Assembly (NCBI GenBank): GCA_048060725.1 | Contig: JBGMQU010000001.1 | Span: 55,996-115,092, forward strand | Source: Gemmatimonadota bacterium | GTDB lineage: Bacteria; Gemmatimonadota; Gemmatimonadetes; Palauibacterales; Palauibacteraceae | Direction of reading: 5' to 3' | DNA: 59,097 bases | Made by a program: the position numbers and the translations under genes | The notes under the pieces: model-generated | The model's input: only the letters and a program-made list of their open reading frames with translations | The model's database searches: none | Told to the model about the DNA's origin: nothing | In this document: positions 47,654-57,000 of the stretch, in pieces | How positions within the stretch are numbered: position 1 is the stretch's first letter | Layout: every line of letters begins with the position of its first letter

Positions 47654-47923
47654 ATGACATCCGGAGCGTCGGGGAAGCTCAGGCCGCTCAACCGGCCGCG
47701 ACCCGTGCAGGTCGTGGCGGACGGTCACGGGGTGCCGACGAAGGTCCGCACCCGCGGTCGCATGAAGCAGGTGACCGCGATCCTCGAAACATGGCGAATC
47801 GATGATGAATGGTGGAGGAAAGTGATTTCGCGCGCCTATTTCTCGCTCCTTTTCGAGGACGGAGGCCACCTTACGGTCTACCACGATCTCGTCGAAGGTC
47901 GCTGGTATTGTCAGCCGGAATGA
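47654..47923 (+). CDS. Small DUF6504-like protein (resembles the ImuB C-terminal domain)
   Basis: LRPLNRPRPVQV, WRIDDEWW, R-x-YF, GRWY; ATGA overlap with dnaE2. Confidence 0.8.
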   Translation: MTSGASGKLRPLNRPRPVQVVADGHGVPTKVRTRGRMKQVTAILETWRIDDEWWRKVISRAYFSLLFEDGGHLTVYHDLVEGRWYCQPE

Positions 47924-50900
47924 ACGAGTACGTAGAGCTCCATGCCCACTCTGCCTACTCATTCCTCGATGGTGCATCTCGACCGGGGGAACTCGCGCTT
48001 CGTGCAGCGGAGTTCGGCTACCGGTCGTTCGCGCTGACCGACCACGACGGACTCTACGGTTCGCTGGAGTTCGCCCACGCTGCCCACTCGTTCGGGATCC
48101 ACCCGATCACCGGTGCCGAAGTGACGTTCGAGTCCCCCTTCGAGGACGAAGAGGAGTTCTTCCCGATGGCGGGGCGTGGTCGAATCGACGCGAGCACGAG
48201 ACCGGACGAGACGGGTCCGCGATACCACATGACGGTCCTGGCCGAAACTCCCGCCGGATACGCGAACCTGTGTCGCCTGATCACACGCGCGCACATGGAG
48301 AACGAGCGCGGAGATCCACGCGTCTCGATCGAGGCGTTACTCGCGCGTCCCGAAGGCCTGATCGTGCTGACAGGCTGTCGACGCAGCCCCCTGTTGGCGG
48401 CGATCGACCGTGGTACACGCGAGGCCGAGACGCTGCTCGGTCGACTGCAGGACGTATTCGGCCCGCGGAATCTCTTCGTCGAGCTTCAGCACAACTCCGT
48501 ACATGGCGACCGCGCCCGGATGAAGGCCCTCGGGGCGTTGGCTGACCGGTTTCGCGTCCCCGTCGTCGCGACCGGGAACGTCCACTATCACGATCGAGAT
48601 CGTCACCGTCTCCAGGATGTGTTCGTCGCGATCCGGAACCGGACGACCGTCGATGATTCACACGAGTTGAGGCGTCCGAACTCGTGCTTCCATCTCGCGA
48701 CGGCCAACGAGATGGCCTGGAGGTTCGAGACTCGTCCCGACGCGATTTCGAACTCGCTCGCCATTGCGGAGCGGTGCCTCGAGTTCGACCTGACTCGCGA
48801 TCTCGGGTACGAGTTTCCGGATTTCGTCGGACGCGGACGCGTGCCGGCGATCCGGGTGCTTGCGGAAGTCTGCCACGCCGCGCTCGACGTGCGATATCCG
48901 CCTGGTTGTCACGATCGAAAAGAAGCGGAAGCGAGGATCGAGGAGGAAATATCGCTCATCGATCGACACGATCTCGCGGGGTTCTTCCTCGTTTACCGTG
49001 ACATCCTCAACCTCGCCCGAGAGGTCGCGACCCGGGTTCGCGGCGGTTCCGAGCCTCGTTCACTCCTTCCTCCGGGGCGAGGACGCGGGTCATCGGTATC
49101 ATCGATCGTCTGCTACCTGATCGGTCTTTCGCACGTCGACCCGGTGCGCACGAACCTCTATCTCGGCCGTTTTCTCAACGATGCCATGGGGAGCGTCCCC
49201 GACATCGATATCGACTTTCCCCGGGACATCCGGGAGCAGTTGATCCTCGCGGTGTATGAACGCTACGGGCACGACCACGTGGGGCTCGTATGCACGTTTC
49301 CGACGTACCGCACGCGCTCGATCGTCCGGGAGATCGGAAAGGCGCTCGGTCTTCCCATGGGCGACATCGAGAAACTCGCGAAGCTGGCCGATCCGCAGGA
49401 AGACGGGATCGCGGGTGAGCTGGCCCGGCTCGTCGACTTTCGCACCCGCCTCGATGCCGCGCCGTGGCGTGCGTTTGCCGAGTTGACCGAAGAGATCAGG
49501 GGACTGCCTCGACACATCTCGCAGCATGTGGGCGGGATGATCATCTCGAGTCGGCCGCTCAATGAGCTGGTCCCGCTGGAGCCCGCGGCGTGGGAGGGGC
49601 GGATCCTGTGTCAGTGGGACAAGGATTCCTGTGATGATGCCGGGTTCATCAAGATCGATTTTCTCGCGCTCGGGATGTTGTCGCTCGTGGAAGAGGCGGT
49701 CGAGCTGATCGCAGACCGTCACGGTGAGGCGCCCGACCTCTCGCGGATCGATTATGAAGACGAAGAGATCTACGACCGGATCTGTTCGGGTGACACGGTC
49801 GGGCTATTTCAGGTGGAAAGCCGGGCGCAGATCCAGATGCTCCGCCGCGTGCGGCCCCGGAATCTGGCCGATCTGTCCGTCCAGGTCGCGATCGTTCGTC
49901 CGGGTCCAATCGTGGGTGGCGCGGTGAACCCGTATGTCCGCCGCCGGGAGCGGGTCCGGGAAGATCCGAACTACGTCATCCCCTACGATCACCCGTTGCT
50001 CGAAGAGGCGCTCGGAGAGACGCTCGGTGTGATCATCTTCCAGGACCAGGTCCTTCAGGTTTGCAGAGCGCTCGCCGGGTTTACCGATGGCCAGGCGGAG
50101 GGGCTGCGTCGTGCGATGAGCCGCAAGCGCTCGAAGGAGGCGCTCCTCGAATACTGGGAAGCGTTTCACAAGGGAGCCGGGGAGCGAGGCGTCGATCGCC
50201 CCACTGCGCAGAAGATCTTCCAACAGGTCGTCGCGTTTTCGGAGTTCGGTTTCCCGAAGTCGCACGCGGCAGCATTCGGGTTGCTCGCCTTCCAATCGGC
50301 GTGGCTCCGCGAACGCTACCCCACCGAGTACTACGTCTCGTTGTTCAATAACCAACCGATGGGGTTCTACTCGCTCGATGCGATCGGACGAGACGCGAGG
50401 CGGCACGACATCGGAGTTCGACTGCCGGATCTCAACCTTAGCGGCGTACGCTGCGTTGCCGAGGAGGAGGATCTCCGTGTGGGGTTGGGGTTCGTTCGGG
50501 AATGGGGGACGGACGTCGCCGAGCGGGTCGTGTGCGAGCGCGAAGAGCACGGGGCGTTTCTCTCGTTACCCGATTTTCTACGCCGGACGCCCGCGGCCCT
50601 GAAGAGAGGCGCGATCGAGAATCTGATCTGGGTCGGGGGGCTGGACTCGCTCGGGCTCGACCGCCGGGAGCTGCTATGGCAGACAGGCCTGTGGCTTGGC
50701 CCGGAGACCGAAACCGACACTCAGCGGCGGCGTCGCGAAATGGCGACCAGCAGTGTCGGGATCGTTCGGGAACGCGCTCCCATTCGAGGCCGGTCGTCGA
50801 CCGACCGTGCGGATCATTATCAGACGGAACTGCAGTTCGACGAACCGTACGCCGACATCGAGTTCGCCGGTACCAGCGATATGGAGCGACTCACCGCAGA

Positions 50901-51387
50901 GTACCGGATCCTCTCCTTCGCGGCGAAACACCACCCGTTCGCGCTCGTTCGTGACCGATTGCCGAGAGGGACCGTGTCATCGAGAACCTTTGCGGTATTG
51001 CCGAACAAGACCGGGGTACGAGTGGCCGGGATCGTGGTTGCCCGGCAACGGCCGCACACTGCGAAGGGCTACATTTTCATCCTCATGGAAGACGAGGCCG
51101 GACCGATCAACGCGATTGTACGCCCCGAGATCTACGAAAAATGTAAACGTGCCATTCGTCTCGAGCCGTTTCTCCAGATCGACGGGACGCTTCAAAAAGA
51201 TGGCGCGACCTTCAACGTGCTCGTGGCCTCGGTCCGCGCGTTACGGTTGGAGAGGGAGCGGGTGCCGGCGTTCCCGAATCCGGGTCGGGTCGGGTCGGTC
51301 GATGATGGCTCATTCGCCTACCTCGATACGCTTCGACAGTCCCCTCCTCCGACCATGAGTTGGGGAAGCGGCGCAGGTCGCGGATAG
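47920..51387 (+). CDS. dnaE2: Error-prone DNA polymerase III alpha DnaE2 (ImuC)
   Basis: ELHAHSAYSFLDGAS, ALTDH, GRGSSVSS, PDIDIDF, HISQHVGG, QVESRAQ, GFPKSHAA, NQPMGFYS. Confidence 0.97.
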   Translation: MNEYVELHAHSAYSFLDGASRPGELALRAAEFGYRSFALTDHDGLYGSLEFAHAAHSFGIHPITGAEVTFESPFEDEEEFFPMAGRGRIDASTRPDETGPRYHMTVLAETPAGYANLCRLITRAHMENERGDPRVSIEALLARPEGLIVLTGCRRSPLLAAIDRGTREAETLLGRLQDVFGPRNLFVELQHNSVHGDRARMKALGALADRFRVPVVATGNVHYHDRDRHRLQDVFVAIRNRTTVDDSHELRRPNSCFHLATANEMAWRFETRPDAISNSLAIAERCLEFDLTRDLGYEFPDFVGRGRVPAIRVLAEVCHAALDVRYPPGCHDRKEAEARIEEEISLIDRHDLAGFFLVYRDILNLAREVATRVRGGSEPRSLLPPGRGRGSSVSSIVCYLIGLSHVDPVRTNLYLGRFLNDAMGSVPDIDIDFPRDIREQLILAVYERYGHDHVGLVCTFPTYRTRSIVREIGKALGLPMGDIEKLAKLADPQEDGIAGELARLVDFRTRLDAAPWRAFAELTEEIRGLPRHISQHVGGMIISSRPLNELVPLEPAAWEGRILCQWDKDSCDDAGFIKIDFLALGMLSLVEEAVELIADRHGEAPDLSRIDYEDEEIYDRICSGDTVGLFQVESRAQIQMLRRVRPRNLADLSVQVAIVRPGPIVGGAVNPYVRRRERVREDPNYVIPYDHPLLEEALGETLGVIIFQDQVLQVCRALAGFTDGQAEGLRRAMSRKRSKEALLEYWEAFHKGAGERGVDRPTAQKIFQQVVAFSEFGFPKSHAAAFGLLAFQSAWLRERYPTEYYVSLFNNQPMGFYSLDAIGRDARRHDIGVRLPDLNLSGVRCVAEEEDLRVGLGFVREWGTDVAERVVCEREEHGAFLSLPDFLRRTPAALKRGAIENLIWVGGLDSLGLDRRELLWQTGLWLGPETETDTQRRRREMATSSVGIVRERAPIRGRSSTDRADHYQTELQFDEPYADIEFAGTSDMERLTAEYRILSFAAKHHPFALVRDRLPRGTVSSRTFAVLPNKTGVRVAGIVVARQRPHTAKGYIFILMEDEAGPINAIVRPEIYEKCKRAIRLEPFLQIDGTLQKDGATFNVLVASVRALRLERERVPAFPNPGRVGSVDDGSFAYLDTLRQSPPPTMSWGSGAGRG

Positions 51388-51612
51388 GCATCGTGGCCAG
51401 GAGGGTGCGGATAGGCACCCCCCTGCGGTGGCGTTCGACATCGACCGGGCCTATTACTCGGGAGATATCTGAGAGTTCTGGGGGGCGACCGCAGGCGCGC
51501 GGTCCCCACGCTGGCCTCCAGTTTGCAAGCCCGGGTCGTCGCCGGCGATTTGGAGTGCTTACACCGACGGAGAGCCAGTGCCCGGCGTCCGTTCACCCGT
51601 GGAGACGGAGAC

Positions 51613-51978
51613 ATGACGGAGCAAGCGCACCGCGGTGCACCGAAGATCGTGGACAAACCATGGGGCCGGGAGGTTTGGTACGCCCACACCGATCGTTATG
51701 CGGGCAAAATCCTCGAAGTGGATGCGGGCCACGTGCTCTCTCTTCAAAAGCATAACGTGAAGCACGAGACGATGTACCTGCAGACCGGCCGCATGAAGTT
51801 CACGCTCGGTGAGGCGATCTTCGAGTGGACCTCCGGCGAAGCGATCTCGATTCCGCCCGGAACGGTGCACCGAATGGAAGCTGTCGAAGACAGCGTCATC
51901 CTCGAAGTCAGCACGCCAGAGCTCGATGATCTCGTGCGTCTCGAGGACCGATACGGCCGCGACTCGGACGACACGTAG
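51613..51978 (+). CDS. Cupin domain protein
   Basis: KPWG, LSLQKH-x-x-K-x-E, IPPGTVHRM, EVSTPELDD; SD GGAG. Confidence 0.9.
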   Translation: MTEQAHRGAPKIVDKPWGREVWYAHTDRYAGKILEVDAGHVLSLQKHNVKHETMYLQTGRMKFTLGEAIFEWTSGEAISIPPGTVHRMEAVEDSVILEVSTPELDDLVRLEDRYGRDSDDT

Positions 51979-51989
51979 CCGGAGAGCCC

Positions 51990-52376
51990 ATGCGACCGCG
52001 ACAGACAGGTGACGATTCGGTTCTGAAGCTGATTCATGCCTCGATGCTGGGTGGCACGCTGGTCCTTTTCGCAGTCGCGTTTTTCCTCTATGGCGGCAGG
52101 GAACCCGGCGAAGTGGGTGCGGTAGTCCGCTGGGCCTGGCTTGCCGTCGCCGTCGCGGTCGTCTTCGCGGTCGGCGCGGTGCGGGGACGTTTGCACCGCA
52201 ATTCGGACGAGGCTCAGGTCCGGATGTCGGGGATCGTGATCTGGGCGCTCGCGGAGGGCGCCGCGCTGGTGGGGATCGTGTCGACCATCATGACAGGCCA
52301 TGTCGTGCCCGCGATCGGAGCTACCCTGATCGGGGTGTTCCTGATGTTGCACCACCGGCCTTCTCAGCTCGGCTGA
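51990..52376 (+). CDS. Hypothetical membrane protein (4 TM)
   Basis: Four hydrophobic segments, WALAEG. Confidence 0.7.
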   Translation: MRPRQTGDDSVLKLIHASMLGGTLVLFAVAFFLYGGREPGEVGAVVRWAWLAVAVAVVFAVGAVRGRLHRNSDEAQVRMSGIVIWALAEGAALVGIVSTIMTGHVVPAIGATLIGVFLMLHHRPSQLG

Positions 52377-52406
52377 TCACGCGTGCCGGTCGGCCCGATC
52401 GTCCGA

Positions 52407-52628
52407 TCAGCCATCGATGGCGGCAAACACCTCGTCGTGCTCAGCGTGCCGCCCGGTAGCCTTCTTGGAGTATACGAGTCGACCATCGGCGGTGACCTCG
52501 AATCTTCCGCCGAGCGACTCGATCAATTCCACGGACATGTCGTCGTACCGTTCCTCGAGTGCGGCCGCCAAACTGGCGGCTCGGGGTCGGTAGTTTCAGA
52601 CGACGCAGTATTCGATCGTAATGTTCAT
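52407..52628 (-). CDS. Selenoprotein W-like (Rdx/SelT/SelW/SelH family), 73 aa with Sec at codon 11
   Basis: Manual translation MNITIEYCVV-TGA-NYRPRAASLAAALEERYDDMSVELIESLGGRFEVTADGRLVYSKKATGRHAEHDEVFAAIDG. The Rdx-family sequence continues on both sides of the TGA at 52596-52598. Confidence 0.9.
52564..52580 (-). promoter_or_regulatory. Bacterial SECIS-like hairpin
   Basis: mRNA GCCGCCA-GUU-UGGCGGC begins 15 nt after the UGA; the apical loop starts with G followed by U. Confidence 0.7.
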
Positions 52629-52689
52629 GCGGACATGTTCGGGAATGGATCGCGATCGATCAAGTCCGCGCTCCGGTTCAGGGCGGCTG

Positions 52690-52717
52690 GAAGGCTGTTG
52701 AAGAAGTACAGTGGGTC
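52690..52717 (+). repeat. Dispersed 28-bp repeat, copy 1
   Basis: GAAGGCTGTTGAAGAAGTACAGTGGGTC; 25/28 identical to 58903-58930. Confidence 0.8.
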
Positions 52718-53581
52718 ATGACGTCGACGGTCCCGTCCGGCCCCGCCCACTCCGACGCGCTCGTGGTCCCGACCGCCGTCGCGCCCGTGCGGCGTGATCC
52801 GGCGCACGGTTCGGAACTGGTTTCGCAGTGGGTTCTCGGCGAGATCGTGCGCGTCGACGATATCGAAGGGGGGTGGGTCCGGGCGCGGGGGGCCGACGGG
52901 TACGCGGGCTGGACTCCGCGTGCTCCGTTTCGTCGAACGGTCTTCGCCACCGAGGATTGGGACGCGGCCGCGACACTCCTCTCGATGGGCACGTACGTGG
53001 ACGAGAAGGCGGACCCCGCCGGTGATGGGCACTGTCTCGAACGCTTGCCGTGGGGTGCCCGTCTGCGGCGCGCCGATTCGGGCGGTACGGGGGTCACCCT
53101 GCCTGATGGTCGAACGGTGACGCCACTGTCGCTCGAGCGTGTCGTTGCACAGCCCGGGTCGGCGAACCCCCCGCCGATCCCCCACGGGTTGGGGGAGACG
53201 GTTGCGCGCCTCGCCGGCCACTGGCCCGGCGTTCCCTATCTCTGGGGCGGGCGCACCGATCTGGGCGTGGATTGCTCGGGCTTCGTCCAGGCGGTGTTCG
53301 CGAGCGTCGGCATCCGGCTGCCTCGCGACAGCCACCAGCAGGCCGAGGCCCACCCCGATCTGCGAGGTTCCGGAGTGGCGACGGAGCCTGGCGACCTTCT
53401 GTTCTTCGCCCCGGACGAGGCTACGATCACGCACGTCGCGCTCGCGCTCGGTGGCTCACGGATCATTCATGCGGCGTCGAGCAACGGGTCGGTACGCGAG
53501 GATGATCTCGACACGGACACTTCGCTGAGCGCACTGTTGACACGCTCGATCGTCCGACACACCCGCCCGTGGGCCGGCTGA
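52718..53581 (+). CDS. SH3b + NlpC/P60 (C40) peptidase, YkfC-like
   Basis: SELVSQWVLGE, DGYAGW, PYLWGG, DCSG, LPRDSHQQ, GDLLFF, THVAL, IHA. Confidence 0.93.
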   Translation: MTSTVPSGPAHSDALVVPTAVAPVRRDPAHGSELVSQWVLGEIVRVDDIEGGWVRARGADGYAGWTPRAPFRRTVFATEDWDAAATLLSMGTYVDEKADPAGDGHCLERLPWGARLRRADSGGTGVTLPDGRTVTPLSLERVVAQPGSANPPPIPHGLGETVARLAGHWPGVPYLWGGRTDLGVDCSGFVQAVFASVGIRLPRDSHQQAEAHPDLRGSGVATEPGDLLFFAPDEATITHVALALGGSRIIHAASSNGSVREDDLDTDTSLSALLTRSIVRHTRPWAG

Positions 53582-53588
53582 TCCGTCG

Positions 53589-53969
53589 TCAGTCGGTCTG
53601 GATCAGCACTACGGCCGCGGCCATGCCCCCATCATGCGTGATCGAAACGCTGACCGTAGAGGCCCCCAGCGTCGCGAGCTGCCGGGCCGCAGCACCCGTC
53701 GTGTCGAGTTCCGGGCGTCCGTGCTCCCCGCTTCGAAGCGAGATGTCCGTCCAGCTGATTCCCTCGCGCAGGCCGGTGCCGAGCGCCTTGAGGAACGCCT
53801 CCTTGGCTGCGAACCGGCCGGCAAGGCACTCCGAAGGGTTCGACCGTCCGTCGCAATCCGCGAGTTCGGCGGTGGTAAACAGGCGGTTTGGTGCGCGCTC
53901 CGGGTGGCGCCCGAAGACGGCTTCGAGCCGTTCGACCTCGACAATATCGATCCCGAGTCCGACCACCAT
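53589..53969 (-). CDS. acpS: Holo-ACP synthase
   Basis: GLGIDIVE, AGRFAAKEAFLKALGTG, VSITHD. Confidence 0.97.
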   Translation of the reverse strand: MVVGLGIDIVEVERLEAVFGRHPERAPNRLFTTAELADCDGRSNPSECLAGRFAAKEAFLKALGTGLREGISWTDISLRSGEHGRPELDTTGAAARQLATLGASTVSVSITHDGGMAAAVVLIQTD

Positions 53970-54003
53970 TCGGGCCTGCTCCCCTTTTCACTAAATTCGT
54001 ACG

Positions 54004-54032
54004 TTGCTCACCGCGGAGCCAGAATCTATCCT
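54004..54032 (+). promoter_or_regulatory. Candidate sigma70 promoter of the glutamate dehydrogenase gene
   Basis: TTGCTC-N17-TATCCT about 50 nt upstream of ATG 54083. Confidence 0.45.
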
Positions 54033-54082
54033 CCCGCACTTCGCGTGTCCTGCAAGGGCCTACTGGAACCAGACAAAGACAG

Positions 54083-57000
54083 ATGCCACAGGCGCCGTTC
54101 GATAAGAGCACTCTCGACGAACTGATCGCGCTCCTCCAGGCAGCGCGCCCCGAGGCCTCGAGGGGCGCGATCGCGGAACTCACTCGTCGACTGATGTCGC
54201 GCGGCTCGGCAGAGTTCCTCGCGATGGAGACGCGCGAGGAGGTTGTGGACACCGTTTCACGGCTCTACGGTCTCGTGGACGGGACCGCACCGGGCGACGT
54301 CGGGGTCCGCACTGCGTGGGATCCCGCGGACCCCAACCGGGCGGTGCTGCAAACCGTGATGGACGATTGCCCGTTCATCGTCGACACCATCCGGGAGTAT
54401 GTGCACGCGCTGGGGCTCCACATCCCCCACCTGATGCACCCGGTGGTCGTGATCGAGCGCGGCGAAGACGGCCGCATCACCGAGGTGCGTGAGCGCGCCG
54501 CCGACGGCCTGAAAACGTCGATCGTCCACATGTCGATCGAGGGGCACCTCGAAAACTCCGTCCGCGCGAAGCTCGACGACGAACTCCGGGCCCGGCTGAG
54601 ACAGGTAACCGCCGTCACTCAGGACTTCTCCGCGATGGTCGAGCGGGCCCGGGCGGTCGTGGCTGAGCTGGCATCGCACCGGGATGAGACGGAGTGGCGG
54701 GCGGCCGAACTGGACGAAATCCAGGAGCTGCTGCGCTGGATGATCGACTCGGGATTCGTTTTCCTGGGCTACCGAGGGTATACGATCGAGCCCGACGCCT
54801 CGGGGATCGACCACATACGTGTCGACGCCGGCGCCGGGCTGGGTATTCTGCGCGACGACGAGAATTCACGGTACGCGACCCCCACGCCGGTGGACGACCT
54901 GCCTCCCGAACTTCGAGCGCGTTTGCTCGGCGGTCCCACCCTGATCTTTTCCAAGACGAACGCGGAGTCGCCGATCCGGCGTCGGGCGCAGATGGACTAC
55001 ATAGGAATCAAGCGACTCGGGCCCGACGGCACCGTCCGGGGAGAGCATCGCTTTCTCGGTCTTCTCACGGCGAAGGCGTTCAATCAAGACGCCTCCGCGA
55101 TCCCGATCCTCCGACGCAAATTCCGGGAGATCCTCGAGCTGGAAGGTGCTCCCCGCGGATCGCACGACTACAACATCATCCTGCAGACCTTCAACTCGAT
55201 GCCGAAGGAAGAGCTTTTCCTCTCCACCGTCGAGGAGATCCGGGCGGTCATCGACGCGGTCATGGAGACGGAAGGCGCGGACGACGTGCGGGTGACGTCG
55301 CGCCCGGATTCGCTCGGTCGCGGGTACAACGTGATGGTGATCCTGCCCAAGAACCGGTTTTCGGCCGCCGTGCGCAGGAAGCTCCAGCGAGCCCTCACCG
55401 AGACCTACGACGGGAAGCTTCTCAACTACCACCTCGCCCTGGGTCAGGGCGATCAGGCGCGTCTCCACTTCTACGTGTCGCACGACCCGAAACGTCCGGA
55501 GCCGGAACCGGCAGAACTCGAAGTGGTGGTTCGCGAGACCGTAAGGACGTGGGAGGAGAAACTCGACTACGCACTCATCGAGGCGCACGGTCCGATTCGG
55601 GCTCAGGAATTGGGAGACGGCTTCCGCGAGCGCTTCTCGAGCGAGTATCAGGCGGCCTTCCGCGTCTCGACTGCCGTCGACGACATCGACCACCTCGATG
55701 CGCTCGAGCGATCAGGGGCGCAGCAGGCGAGCGTACGGGCTCTCGGCGAGTTGCGACCGAAGGTCTACCGGCTCAAGATTTTCGCTCACAAGGGTCAGTT
55801 CGTTCTGAGCGATGTGATCCCGACCCTGGAGAATCTCGGCTTCCGAGTGCTCGATGCGTATCGGTTTACCATCGGTGAAGAGGCCGAGCCCCTGTCCCCG
55901 ATGACGATCCACGTGTTCGAGGTCGAGGTGGCGCGCGTTCTCGACGCCGATATCGAGGCCGCGGAAGCCCGGCTGGCCGACGCCCTGCGAGCGGTGCGCG
56001 AGGGGGAGGCTGAGGACGACCAACTCAACAGCCTCCTTCTCTCCGCGGACCTCACGTGGGAACAGATCGGCGTATTGAGGGCGTATTCGGGCTATGCATT
56101 TCGCATCGGCGCCGTCGTCTCCCGACAGGGGAGTATGCGACCGTTGACCTCGTACCCACGTTCGGCTCGGCTTCTGTTCGAGATGTTCGAGAGCAGGTTC
56201 GACCCGGCGTTCGAGGGCGACCGGGAGAAGGCGTGGCGGCGGCTGCACCGTCGGTTCGCGTCGTCGCTGCGGGTGGTCCGCGGGATCGAGGACGACCGCA
56301 CCCTCCGCCGCCTGATGACACTGGTGCACGCGACCCAACGGACCAACTACTATCGGGGCGACCTCCGCGCGTCGCCTACGATCTCGCTCAAGTTCGATTG
56401 CCGAGCGGTCGACTTCATGCCGGAACCGAGACCGAGACACGAGGTGTACCTTCGCGGTGCTCGCACCGAGGCGGCTCACCTGCGCATGGACGACGTGGCG
56501 CGCGGCGGAATTCGCTGGAGCGACCGGTACGAGGATTTCCGGGTCGAGGTGCTGGGCCTCGTGAAGACTCAGCGCGTCAAGAACGCGGTGATCGCCCCGG
56601 CCGGGGCAAAGGGCGCGTTTATCGCGAAACGGCTGCCGGCGGAGCGGGCAGCCCGTCTCGCCGCCGGCCTCGAGAGCTACAAGGAGTTCATCCGCGGCCT
56701 GCTCGAGATCAGCGACAACGTTGTCGAGGACGTGGTCATCCACCCGGAGCGAGTCGTCGTTCACGACGGTCCGGATCCGTACCTCGTGGTTGCGGCCGAC
56801 AAGGGGACCGCTAAGAACTCCGATACGGCCAACGCGCTCGCGGAAGAAGTGGGCTTTTGGCTAGACGATGCCTTCGCGTCCGGCGGGTCCAACGGGTATG
56901 ACCACAAGGCCGAGGGAATCACGGCCCGCGGCACGTGGGAGTGCGTGAAACGGCACTTCCGTGAGAGCGGTCTCGACTTCGAGAACGACACCTTCACCGT

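Noticed and set aside
47920-51387. Insertions in DnaE2 as possible inteins
   Set aside because: They are short and lack C/S-start and HN-C/S/T splice motifs or an endonuclease domain.
52383-52721. 112-aa + strand ORF in the track
   Set aside because: Antisense shadow of the selenoprotein W-like gene, which has clear family motifs.
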